Of a stretch of 64,000 bases of DNA, positions 44,950-54,369 are shown one piece after another. Where the stretch lies: contig BROI01000003.1 of NCBI GenBank assembly GCA_027923505.1, forward strand, positions 124,001 through 188,000, read 5' to 3'. Origin of the DNA: Mayamaea pseudoterrestris. Taxonomy: Eukaryota. The position numbers and the translations under genes were made by a program. Under the pieces are notes generated by a model. The model was not told the DNA's origin. It searched no databases and was given only the letters and a program-made list of their open reading frames with translations. Numbering within the stretch: the first letter of the stretch is position 1; the number at the start of each line of letters is the position of its first letter.

Positions 44950-46860
44950 TTATGTAATGAGATTCTCCGGCGGCACTTTTGCAAAGAATTCACCATTGTT
45001 GAGCGCTTGCTGAAAGCCATCCAAGATTTCTTGCTGCACGGCGGCTTCGTCATCGCCTTGCTCCAATACAACGCAAGCGTCCGTCACAACAATGGCACAC
45101 TCGAGAGTGGCTTGATCGGGCTGCGGACAGAATGGATCGGCAATCACATCGGTAATGTTTGGTGGTAATGCGGCAGTCGCATAAGCCAGTTTTCGATTAG
45201 TTTGCTGCGCGGACGTTTCGCTCAATTGACGCTGCCTTCGCCGCTTGCTGTTATTGGTGTTTCGCACCGGCGTGTACAGCCCATACAAGAATTCGTCCAG
45301 CAATCGATCAGCGTCATTTAGTGCAAAGTAGTTGGATATGGCAATGTCCATGGCGTGCGTCGCACCCATGGTGTAAAAGTGCTGAATCGCCGCCGTGGCG
45401 GCTTGAATCTCCTCGGCTGCCGTTGTTCTTCGTCGTCGAAACGTAATGGCTGCTGCGTTGGTCGCGTTGGAAGTAGACGTTCCATTCAATATAGACTTGA
45501 GTGTTTGAAATGTGGCTACTTCCAGTCCAGTCTTGAGCGTGTTGCCATTCTCCGTCAAAATGTCATTGGCGGTAAAGCCTGCCGAGTTTTGTATGGAGTA
45601 AAAGAACGTGACGCACGAAACATTCTGCGTAATATTCGAAGTCGGAGCGACAGTCGGTTTCTTGGCAGGAGTCTGGCTTGGCGCTGACGTGACGTTTTTT
45701 GTTGGCGTTGGGGTGGGCTTTGTGGGCGTCTTTGTCGGCAAACCAGTGGGTGCAGCTGTGGCTTGACGAGTCGGTGCAATGGTTGGAGTAGCGGTTGACG
45801 GCTTTTTCGTTGGTGCAGCTGTAGGCTTTGTCGTGGTCACACTGGACGTTGGTTGTGGTGCTGCTGACGAAGGTTTTGGGCCTGCGGTAGGCTTTGTCGT
45901 GGTAACATTCGAACTTGGTGTTGGTGCCGGCGTGGAGGGCTTTGGCCCAGACGTGGGTTTTTGCGTCGTCGGAGACGCCTGAGGTGCAAGAGATGGCTCT
46001 TGGGTTGCGGACGACGCTTGAGGTGCGGCAGTTGGTTTGGGTGCAGCTGCGGGTTCACTCGTCGCTGCCGATGGCGCAGCTGCTGCTGGTTTGCTCGTCG
46101 GAGCCGACGGCTTGGAAGGTGAACTCGGCTTGGTGGGTGCAGCAAGTGACGGTTTTATAGTCGTTGGAGAAGGTACTAATGCCGTTGGTGACGATGGCTT
46201 TGTCGGTGCCGCTGCCGATGGTTTGCTGGTTGATGCCGACGGCTTTGATGGCGCACTGGGTTCCTTGGTCGTTACTGTTGGCGTCGGCTCGGGAGCTTCG
46301 GTTGGTTCCTGTGTTGCTGCAGTGGGCTCTTCCGTTGACAATCCAAGCGTATCATCAATTGCTTGCTGGACAGTGGCGCATAGAAATCTGGTCGTTTCGG
46401 CGTATCGCTCCGCGTTGGATCTTTGAATGTTAATGACGGCGCTGTTTCCGACGCAACAATTGTCTGATTGCGTCGTCCCATAGCATTGGTTGCAGGCGAC
46501 ACCGTAAAAGGTAGCAATCAGAATGAGTCTCATGTCAGCAAAAGGTACCGATATTTGTCCATCGCTTTCCAATTCGACAAACGTGCTGTACTCATCCGGA
46601 CTCAGCTCGTAGTCATTGTTTTCGTTGCTGCTTTGCAGATTTTGTCGGCAAGTGTCAAGAGTGTCTTCTGCCAAGAAGCGATTGACGCTCAGAAACGAAA
46701 CGTTTTGGATGAGCCCGACAAAGTACAAGTTGTAATTCTCGGCTGTAAAGTTAAAGGCTGTCAAATCAAAGAGCGAGTCGAACTGCAGCTCTCTCGACTG
46801 TCGACCAAGCGACGGCCGCGTCCATGACAGCAGGAGTAGCAGAAAAAGTCGTTTGAGCAT
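44950..46860 (-). CDS. Secreted mucin-like Pro/Thr/Ser/Ala/Lys-rich protein with Cys-containing terminal domains
   Basis: Signal peptide MLKRLFLLLLLSWTRPSLG, about 240 aa of TKPS/KPT/APT repeats, and Cys in both the N- and C-terminal globular parts. Confidence 0.75.
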   Translation of the reverse strand: MLKRLFLLLLLSWTRPSLGRQSRELQFDSLFDLTAFNFTAENYNLYFVGLIQNVSFLSVNRFLAEDTLDTCRQNLQSSNENNDYELSPDEYSTFVELESDGQISVPFADMRLILIATFYGVACNQCYGTTQSDNCCVGNSAVINIQRSNAERYAETTRFLCATVQQAIDDTLGLSTEEPTAATQEPTEAPEPTPTVTTKEPSAPSKPSASTSKPSAAAPTKPSSPTALVPSPTTIKPSLAAPTKPSSPSKPSAPTSKPAAAAPSAATSEPAAAPKPTAAPQASSATQEPSLAPQASPTTQKPTSGPKPSTPAPTPSSNVTTTKPTAGPKPSSAAPQPTSSVTTTKPTAAPTKKPSTATPTIAPTRQATAAPTGLPTKTPTKPTPTPTKNVTSAPSQTPAKKPTVAPTSNITQNVSCVTFFYSIQNSAGFTANDILTENGNTLKTGLEVATFQTLKSILNGTSTSNATNAAAITFRRRRTTAAEEIQAATAAIQHFYTMGATHAMDIAISNYFALNDADRLLDEFLYGLYTPVRNTNNSKRRRQRQLSETSAQQTNRKLAYATAALPPNITDVIADPFCPQPDQATLECAIVVTDACVVLEQGDDEAAVQQEILDGFQQALNNGEFFAKVPPENLIT

Positions 46861-47207
46861 TATCAGTTTCTCTATTCAATGAGCGATGGACGAATTTGGC
46901 AATTACTGGCGAACTTACTTCTTGGCTTGCCTTGTCGGTCAAGGAAGAGCGCAAAAGCGTGCATCATGGAGTGAGTTCCTACAAAATTCGAAGCGGCTGG
47001 CGCGCAATATGTGAGAGTCAGCCCAGCTCGTGGTGCGCTTACTTAAATGCAACAGCATGCACGACATCTAAGTGCGCGTTCTGAACGGAAAAGTCAAAAT
47101 TATCGTCCCTGTCACGCTTTGATGCTCGGAAGGCAATGAATGAGCGCAGATATCACCGTATCCATCACCCACGATCCATAGCAGCTGCTGTTACTCTTAC
47201 GTTATTT

Positions 47208-47507
47208 ATGATGAACAAGCTCACATTGCTACTTGCGTTGTTCGTTGCGACGCTTCTTGACTTGTCCCAAGCCAGTTCCATCCGCGGCAACATTGCCAAT
47301 GATCCCGACAGGGTACACAAACGCCGCAAAGACAGGCGCCAAATGGATCAACAAGCGTCATCTGCCTTGCCGGAAGAGCCGAAATCCTTGCTGCAAAAGC
47401 TAACGTTTGATCACGTCAAGAGCCGTCACCCGTCGCTGGTCAAGAGTCTCGAAAGCATTTGGGGTCTTTCGGAGAAAGACGCGCCCGTCCAAGAGATGAG
47501 ACGCTAG
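47208..47507 (+). CDS. Small secreted protein (~99 aa)
   Basis: Signal peptide MMNKLTLLLALFVATLLDLSQA followed by SSIRG and a basic cluster KRRKDRR. Confidence 0.55.
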   Translation: MMNKLTLLLALFVATLLDLSQASSIRGNIANDPDRVHKRRKDRRQMDQQASSALPEEPKSLLQKLTFDHVKSRHPSLVKSLESIWGLSEKDAPVQEMRR

Positions 47508-47837
47508 GGAAGTGGAGAAAGGTACCAAGCTGATGGCACGGGGATTGCTACCGGTTAGTTCAAGGTACAATCAGGTTGTGTCAGAAATTGCCGGTCTATC
47601 GAGAGTAGCAAGTGTTGTAATAGTAATGTTGTAAAATGTCATAGCGATGTAATAGCTTTTCGCTGGTATCAAAGTAGCGCTATAAAATGTTGCGAATATA
47701 AGTGTTTATTGCAGATAGTGATTACTCGAAATGCGTCTGGCAGACTGACTCTGGTAAAAGCTTCACCATTAGCTGCCACCACCATTGACAATATAACAAG
47801 CGAGTTCCACTTGATGAATAGAGTGAGCAAGTCACTA

Positions 47838-49100
47838 TTATCCCAGCAACGAACTGAAAAAGGACGAAACATCCTTGTCGTCCTTCGCTTCCTGCTGCTT
47901 GGCTGCCTTGAGGGGCGTCTTTTCGCCGCGCGCGGCGACGCTGTCGTGCAACTCCTTGAGCCAGCCTTGGTCGCCGACACTTGGGTTTGGCTTGGGAAAA
48001 GCAGCAGCGTTATTACTAGACGACGACTCGAGTGGCGGCGGCAAAATTTTCAAGAGGCTCGTGGTGGTGGCATCCCACTGACCCGGAAAACTAGCGTTGC
48101 GCAGCAACACCGAGTCAATCACGTCGACATTGTCTGGCGCAAAAATACTCAGTTCGTGGCTCGCGGCTTCCACTTGTTGCAACGTGGTGCTGCCTCCATC
48201 TTTGTCGTCGTCATGTTTTTCCTCGGCCGCGGAAGATCCAGCAGGCGACGCGAGCGTCAGTGCTGGTGGTTTGGCAGCAACAATACCTTGGGCGAGATCC
48301 TTTAAGATTGCAGCAACTTGCAGAGGCGTACTAATGGGAACAATGGTATTCATACGATTGGAATTTTCGCTCTCCGCGTCGACACTCTCATCTTCTCCAT
48401 TGACAAAGATCAAACTGGCCTTGAGCTGACAGGCAAACTTGTATAAATGATAGGTCAGCAACGCTTGAACCTGTTGATCGCGGTAGTGGTCCGGCGCTGC
48501 ATCTTTCGTTTTGCTCAACTTGGCCAAGATTGTCAAACAAATGTGAACGTCGCGTTCCTTGACATCTGGTTCCTCCACCACAGCACTACTCTCCGCGTCA
48601 CCTTTTGGCGCCACGCCAAACTGCGCCACTTGCAAATCGTAGAGTGACGTTGTGGTGGTTTGTAAAGGCAACGCATCATCACTTGCGCTAACGTTTCGCT
48701 CCTTCAAGTGACGAATCAGTGCATGCTGCAGCATCGTCATATTCGGTGCCACTTGGTGTGGTTGCCCCAAATCCACCGTCAGCACAAACGTGCGACATTT
48801 GGCTGGTACGTTGGACAACAGGTTGGGCGCATCATTGTGAATGCGCACGTTCCACACACCCAGTTCCGGCACGGGATCAGGCACCGGTTGCTGCTTCTTT
48901 TTATTCAGTGGCGTTGCACCAACGACTTGCTCCTGCGCCATGGCAACGGCGCTGTAGGAAAGCGTGGCGTAGTAAGGCAATGGAGCAGTTTTGGATGCAT
49001 CAAAGGTGATGGCCTCCTGGCCGTAGAGCTGCACCACGGTCGGAAGGTCCAACGAAGACTTGGTTGGCGCTGCATTGGTGAGCGTTGTAAAGAGTCCCAT
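47838..49100 (-). CDS. Divergent cytoplasmic dynein light intermediate chain-like protein
   Basis: LGVW, LTVDLGQP, HLYKFACQLKASLIFV, amphipathic helix DQGWLKEL and terminal VSSFFSSLL parallel DLIC motifs in the same order. Confidence 0.6.
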   Translation of the reverse strand: MGLFTTLTNAAPTKSSLDLPTVVQLYGQEAITFDASKTAPLPYYATLSYSAVAMAQEQVVGATPLNKKKQQPVPDPVPELGVWNVRIHNDAPNLLSNVPAKCRTFVLTVDLGQPHQVAPNMTMLQHALIRHLKERNVSASDDALPLQTTTTSLYDLQVAQFGVAPKGDAESSAVVEEPDVKERDVHICLTILAKLSKTKDAAPDHYRDQQVQALLTYHLYKFACQLKASLIFVNGEDESVDAESENSNRMNTIVPISTPLQVAAILKDLAQGIVAAKPPALTLASPAGSSAAEEKHDDDKDGGSTTLQQVEAASHELSIFAPDNVDVIDSVLLRNASFPGQWDATTTSLLKILPPPLESSSSNNAAAFPKPNPSVGDQGWLKELHDSVAARGEKTPLKAAKQQEAKDDKDVSSFFSSLLG

Positions 49101-49473
49101 GATTGATTGATTGTAACTATGAGGAGCAAGTGCGGACGGGAAAGTCCATGGTCGGGAGGTTGCGACGAGGAAGATCCTCCGTCAGAAAGTCGGACCGGTA
49201 CTGGTTAAACGGCAATGAAAAGTAAGCCGGTACCGGTGTGATGACAAAGATCACAACAAGCATCTCGCCACAGATCACCATGGCCGTTTCACCTGCCAGC
49301 AACGACGACGGAATACGCAAATTTATCACAACTAATACGCTCCAACTTTTCCATTCGAGTCATTGATTATCTATTTACGCGTTTTGTAATCAAAAAGCCA
49401 TTAACACACGGATCAACCACGGTAGAATCTACTTCCTTTCACGTCGCACATCGCTCCCTCTGCTGCCGCTAGC

Positions 49474-50589
49474 ATGTCAGATGCATTAACTTCAAATGCT
49501 GCGAGCAATGACAGTATCAGCAACGACAAGATTGAATATTGCATAACACTCGCAGACGTGCAAGCCGCCGCCGTGCGCATTCAAAACGTCGCCCATTGCA
49601 CGCCAGTATTGACGTCGCAATCCATCGACGCACTTTCTCACGGCCGCAGCATTTACTTCAAGGTGGAAGCCATGCAGAAAACTGGATCCTTCAAGTTTCG
49701 CGGCGCCTATAATGCCGTGTCCAGTCTACTGGAAGAACATGCAAACGAAAGTAGTAGTAGTAGTAGCAATGAATTGCACGTGGTGACGCACTCGAGCGGC
49801 AACCACGCGCAGGCGCTCGCCAGGGCGGCGCAGCTTGCCTCCGTGACGGCCAAACACGTTGTTACCACCATTGTCATGCCAAACAATACGCCCAGCGTCA
49901 AGCGACAAGCCGTTGCAGACTTTGGCGCCACAATCGTCTACACCATCAATGATCCAGTGGCGCGCGAAGCCAAATGCGACGAAATACTAAAACAAGACCC
50001 TCAAGCAGTTTTTGTACATCCGTCGGAAGACTTGCGCGTCATTGCCGGACAAGGAACAATCAGCTTGGAAATGCTGGAGCAAGTGCGCGCAATAAACGTA
50101 CGGTTGGATGTGCTGATCATTCCCGTCGGTGGCGGTGGATTGGCAGCCGGCAATGTTATTGCGCTCCGCGGCATGCTGGGCAGTCATGTGAAAATTGTCT
50201 TGGCGGAACCGGAAACCATGAACGACGCCAAGCGCTCGTTTGACAGCAAGACGCTGTGTAAACACGTTGACGATGCCTTGCTGGACAGTGTCGCCGACGG
50301 ACTCAAGACGACGCTGGGCCAAAACACCTTTCCCATTGTTCGCGATTTAGTGAATGACGTTATCACAGTGAGTGAAGTCGACATTCTGCGAGCGACGAAA
50401 CTGATTTGGGAGCGGCTCAAGGTTGCCATTGAACCAAGTGCCGGCGTTGGCGTGGCCGTGCTAATGTACAGCCACGAGTTTCAAACCAAGTATCCAGCGT
50501 GCGACTATCCAAACGTTGGTGTCATTCTATGCGGAGGCAATGTTGACATTGTCAAAATGGCGAACAAGATGCAAGAGATGGGAATATAG
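49474..50589 (+). CDS. PLP-dependent serine racemase / Ser-Thr dehydratase (fold type II)
   Basis: FKVEAMQKTGSFKFRGA (PLP lysine), HSSGNHAQA, PVGGGGL, ADGL, IEPS and ILCGGN; no ACT regulatory domain. Confidence 0.88.
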   Translation: MSDALTSNAASNDSISNDKIEYCITLADVQAAAVRIQNVAHCTPVLTSQSIDALSHGRSIYFKVEAMQKTGSFKFRGAYNAVSSLLEEHANESSSSSSNELHVVTHSSGNHAQALARAAQLASVTAKHVVTTIVMPNNTPSVKRQAVADFGATIVYTINDPVAREAKCDEILKQDPQAVFVHPSEDLRVIAGQGTISLEMLEQVRAINVRLDVLIIPVGGGGLAAGNVIALRGMLGSHVKIVLAEPETMNDAKRSFDSKTLCKHVDDALLDSVADGLKTTLGQNTFPIVRDLVNDVITVSEVDILRATKLIWERLKVAIEPSAGVGVAVLMYSHEFQTKYPACDYPNVGVILCGGNVDIVKMANKMQEMGI

Positions 50590-50699
50590 CAGTGAAATAG
50601 TTATGTATATTCATACACAACTGCAGTAATCGCAATAATTAGAATGTCCTTAACATATCTGCTGATAACTCTTATTGTCCATCAAGTACTGCAATAACT

Positions 50700-53600
50700 T
50701 CAGTGAGCCGAGTTGGCTTGCTCGGCGCGCAGGAGCTGCTGCTCGCGAATCATGCGGCGTTCATAGTCGCTCAGTTCCTCGTCAAAGTCATCGCCACCAT
50801 ACTCCAAAGCATCCATGAGCTTGGCAAGGGCAATGATACTGCCAGTCTGCTCCAAATAGAGAACAAAGTCAATCTGATTTTGAACATCCTCGTGATTCTC
50901 CGAGTTTTCGTCGTTCATCGCAACGTTGTTCGCTTTACTGGATTCCAATTCATCCTTCTTGTCGTTTTCAGAGGCCTCGGACACGATGGAAGTGCGCGAT
51001 CGACTACCCTTCTCGTCCTTGCTGTCTTCTCCAGCGTCACAATTCGACTGCTTGACATTCTTGTCAAACTGAACGGTAGGCTCCTCCTCCTCTTGCTGCT
51101 TGGCCTTCTTTTCCTTGAGCTTGGCCTTCTTCTTCTTATTCTTACTCTTCTTGGCATTCTGCTTGGCTTGATTTTCCTCTTCCGTCGCTGCCCAAAGCTC
51201 CTCTTGGTAGTCCAAATGGTAGATATTGCAATTACAGTGACTGCAGACGTGGCACTTGCACTCCTCGCAAAAGGAAGCGTCTGATGTCCGGTGCTTGGAA
51301 AACGACATTTTGCACAAGGCACACGAGACGAAATGTTGCTTCCAAATGCGATCGGCACGCTTGGTCACGCCAGTGCTTGTGTGGGACTCGCGAGCCTTTT
51401 CGATCAACGATGCGCTCACCAAAATGGGTGTCCGCGTCGCTTCAGTATCTTCAATCTCGCCATTTTCTATTTGCTCGCGTCGAATAATCTCACGCATCTG
51501 TTCCACCTGCAAGACTCGCTCAAGGCCTTCCAACGCCATCATGACCATAGACGCCTCCGACAAAAGCACTCCCAGCACCGAAACGCACCCTTCGTCTACC
51601 AAGATTTCAATCTGCGCATCACTACCACAACTCGTCGCGTTTAACACTACCCAACAAGCTTCGGTGCGTACTTCCTGATCCGTCCTCTTATCCTTGACCA
51701 ATTTAACGAGCGGGCGAATGGCACCAGAGTCAATGACTGCTTGAATTTGATCGACAGTTCCAGCCGCAATGTTGCTCAACGTCCAGCAAGCCTCCTTTTG
51801 GATTTCACGATTCGTATGCGTCACCAGTTCCTTCAAGCGTGGCACAGCTTGACAATCCAAAATCACCTCAGTATAATCCGTCGACGAACCACCTTCGTCA
51901 CTGCACTCGGCGCATACAATATTTCCGATGGTACGAAGCGCCGGCTTGGTCACCCGCCAACTGGGATGCACCAAGAGCTCAACCAGCCGCGGCACCAATC
52001 CTCCGTAGGTGCCGTCAGCGTTGCTGACAACAGCGGCAATGTGAGAGCTTGGCCCGTCACACAAGTGCGAAAGCGTCCAGCACTATAAATGATAGCAGTG
52101 TTAGAAAGCATGAGTACAAACACCATGCTTGTGCGACGTGAGGAGTGCAGAAATCAACTCACCGTATATCCAAGCACTTCCGAATCACTCATGTGCAAAA
52201 GACGCTTCAACACGGGCAGGAGCGTCGGCATGTCAATCTCATCCACGCTCGAGTAGTCCTTGCTTGGACTGGTGCTGCTATTGGCAGTATTGGCATTGCT
52301 GCTGTTGCTAGCAGTATTCGCCGAAATTGCATTACTATTATTCGCCGCGTTGCTCTTGTGTCCACCATTGCTTCCACCTCCCGTACTGCCACTGCCACCA
52401 TGCTGCTGAAAAATGCCATCCACCAGGTTCGACAACGTCCAGCTCCCAATCCGCTGCAGCGAAATATTGTTTGTTTGCGCCTCCAGGCAGCGCAGCAACT
52501 GACTCATGACGCCAGCCGCCAAAATGACATCGCGCGCCGAAACAGTCTTGGCAATAGCTGCTGACGACGCATTATTCGTCCCATTGGTTGTTCCATCAGC
52601 AGCATTCGTACCTGCTCCCCCCAAACTGCTAGAAGAATTACTATTCGAGTTGGAGTTGCTTCCACTGCTACCACCCGTACTGCTCGGCGCATCACCCGCC
52701 GCAATACTACCCAAAATCCACATGGCTTGCTCGTACACTTGCTTGTCTTGATAGGATGTCAGTAACGAAATGAGCGTTGGAATCGCATCCGCATGTCGCA
52801 GCAACAAGTGTTGACTGCTCGACGACAATTGCTGCGGAAAGTGTGGCGCCGTCACGGGCGTTGGTGGCGGCAAAAAGGCGTTCGTTGGAACAGTGGAATG
52901 TGCGCCGCCGGGCGGAGGAGCCAGCGACGAAAAGTTGATTCCACCAGTGACTGGTAGTAGTCCGGATGCATTCGTCGTCGTGACGGATCCACTGTAGACT
53001 GCTGGTGGTGTCGCACTTGAGAGAGGCGTCCCTGCCGATCGCTTGGCTGCTGCTTGTCGACCAAACTTGGAAAACGAATTGGCAGCATCAACGCCTCCTC
53101 CACTAATCGTATTAACTGCCGTATTCGCCGCATTACTAGAAATAATAGGTGTCCCGGCCGCATAGGATGCCAGAATGCTCGTCATGCTTTGATCCACGGC
53201 GGCAACGGCATCCGGACCAAAGGCTTGTCGAAACGACAGGGGCGGAAAGGGAACGCTGCCCGGCGCCAGCGACTGCCGGTACTTGTCAACGACGCTGGTG
53301 GCATCCAATGGCCGACCGCTCTTCATGGCCAAGGCGGCGCTGTCTTGGTAGGCTTGCTGGGCGCATAGTTCGGCAACGCTAGTGAGGGCGAGGAGAGCCT
53401 CGACCTGCACGGCGGGGCGGTCGTGGAGACTGAGCCATGAAAGGAGAATCGGGATCCATTGGTTCTCTTGAGCGGTTCGAAGTAGTTCGCGATTAGAAGG
53501 GAGGAGCTTTGATAGTACAGTGTTAAAGGAGATGGAGTGTCAGAGAGTGAATCAAGACGAATCAAGTTTTCGAGGATACTCATCCTCGCTCATTCATCAT

Positions 53601-53836
53601 CATTTCCGTCAACCATCTTCAACTATTAGTTCATATTCACTCACTTCTCGTAACTTTCGACAAATGGCCAATTGCAAATCCTCCGCTCGTCCCGCCGGCA
53701 GGGCGTTTTGCGGCACAAACGGGCGCAGTTCATCGGCGAGGCGGTCCGCGGTGGAATCGTCCGGAATCATGCCGGAAGCGTCAGCGCTGCTTGCTTGCGG
53801 CACTGCATTGGCTAGATCAAGGTAAGCGGTGGACAT
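50700..53836 (-). CDS. Importin-alpha-like ARM-repeat protein with low-complexity insertions and a C-terminal Cys-rich finger (3 exons)
   Basis: Introns 53507-53644 and 52083-52162. ARM motifs VQVEALLALT, EQAMWILGSIA, WTLSNL, CWTLSHLCDG, PALRTIGNIV, KEACWTLSNIAAG and EACWVVLN. Confidence 0.8.
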
Positions 53837-54200
53837 AATGGTGTATTTGCTTTAGAAGAGAATGAGCACGGAGCAGCGCTGCGCTGCGCTGTTGCAATGC
53901 GTGTCTCGATCTATCGTGGTGCTCCATGGTTGCTGGAAGGTGGATCATGTGCTCCGTGGCGGTCGTTTATTTCGTTTCTGAAAGGTATTTAGTGAGTTCG
54001 TGCGAACGCTTCTAAGTGAGCCTTTAACCCTATGCATGAGTAGCTGTATCGTGACACTCATCGAAATGATCGACCACGTTCAGCTTCCATGTTACAAGTA
54101 GACGATTACGTACTGTACTTATAGCCGTGGAACTACCGCCATATATACCTATACCAACAACGAGATGCTCGGAAGACTCGAAGATTTCGTCGCATTACCT

Positions 54201-54236
54201 TGCTGTCGCACCGAAAACTGCTGTCGCACCGAAAAC
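54201..54236. repeat. Perfect 18-bp tandem duplication in a divergent intergenic region
   Basis: tgctgtcgcaccgaaaac x2. Confidence 0.85.
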
Positions 54237-54369
54237 CAGTGCGATGAGTTTCATTTTCATGACGTCCGTTTCCGCAAGACATAATGCACATCGATCCTTC
54301 TCAATCTGCTCATCGTTCTTCCCTCGAAAGTTGCAACTTTAGCAGACACACATCATCCTCGCATTTCAC

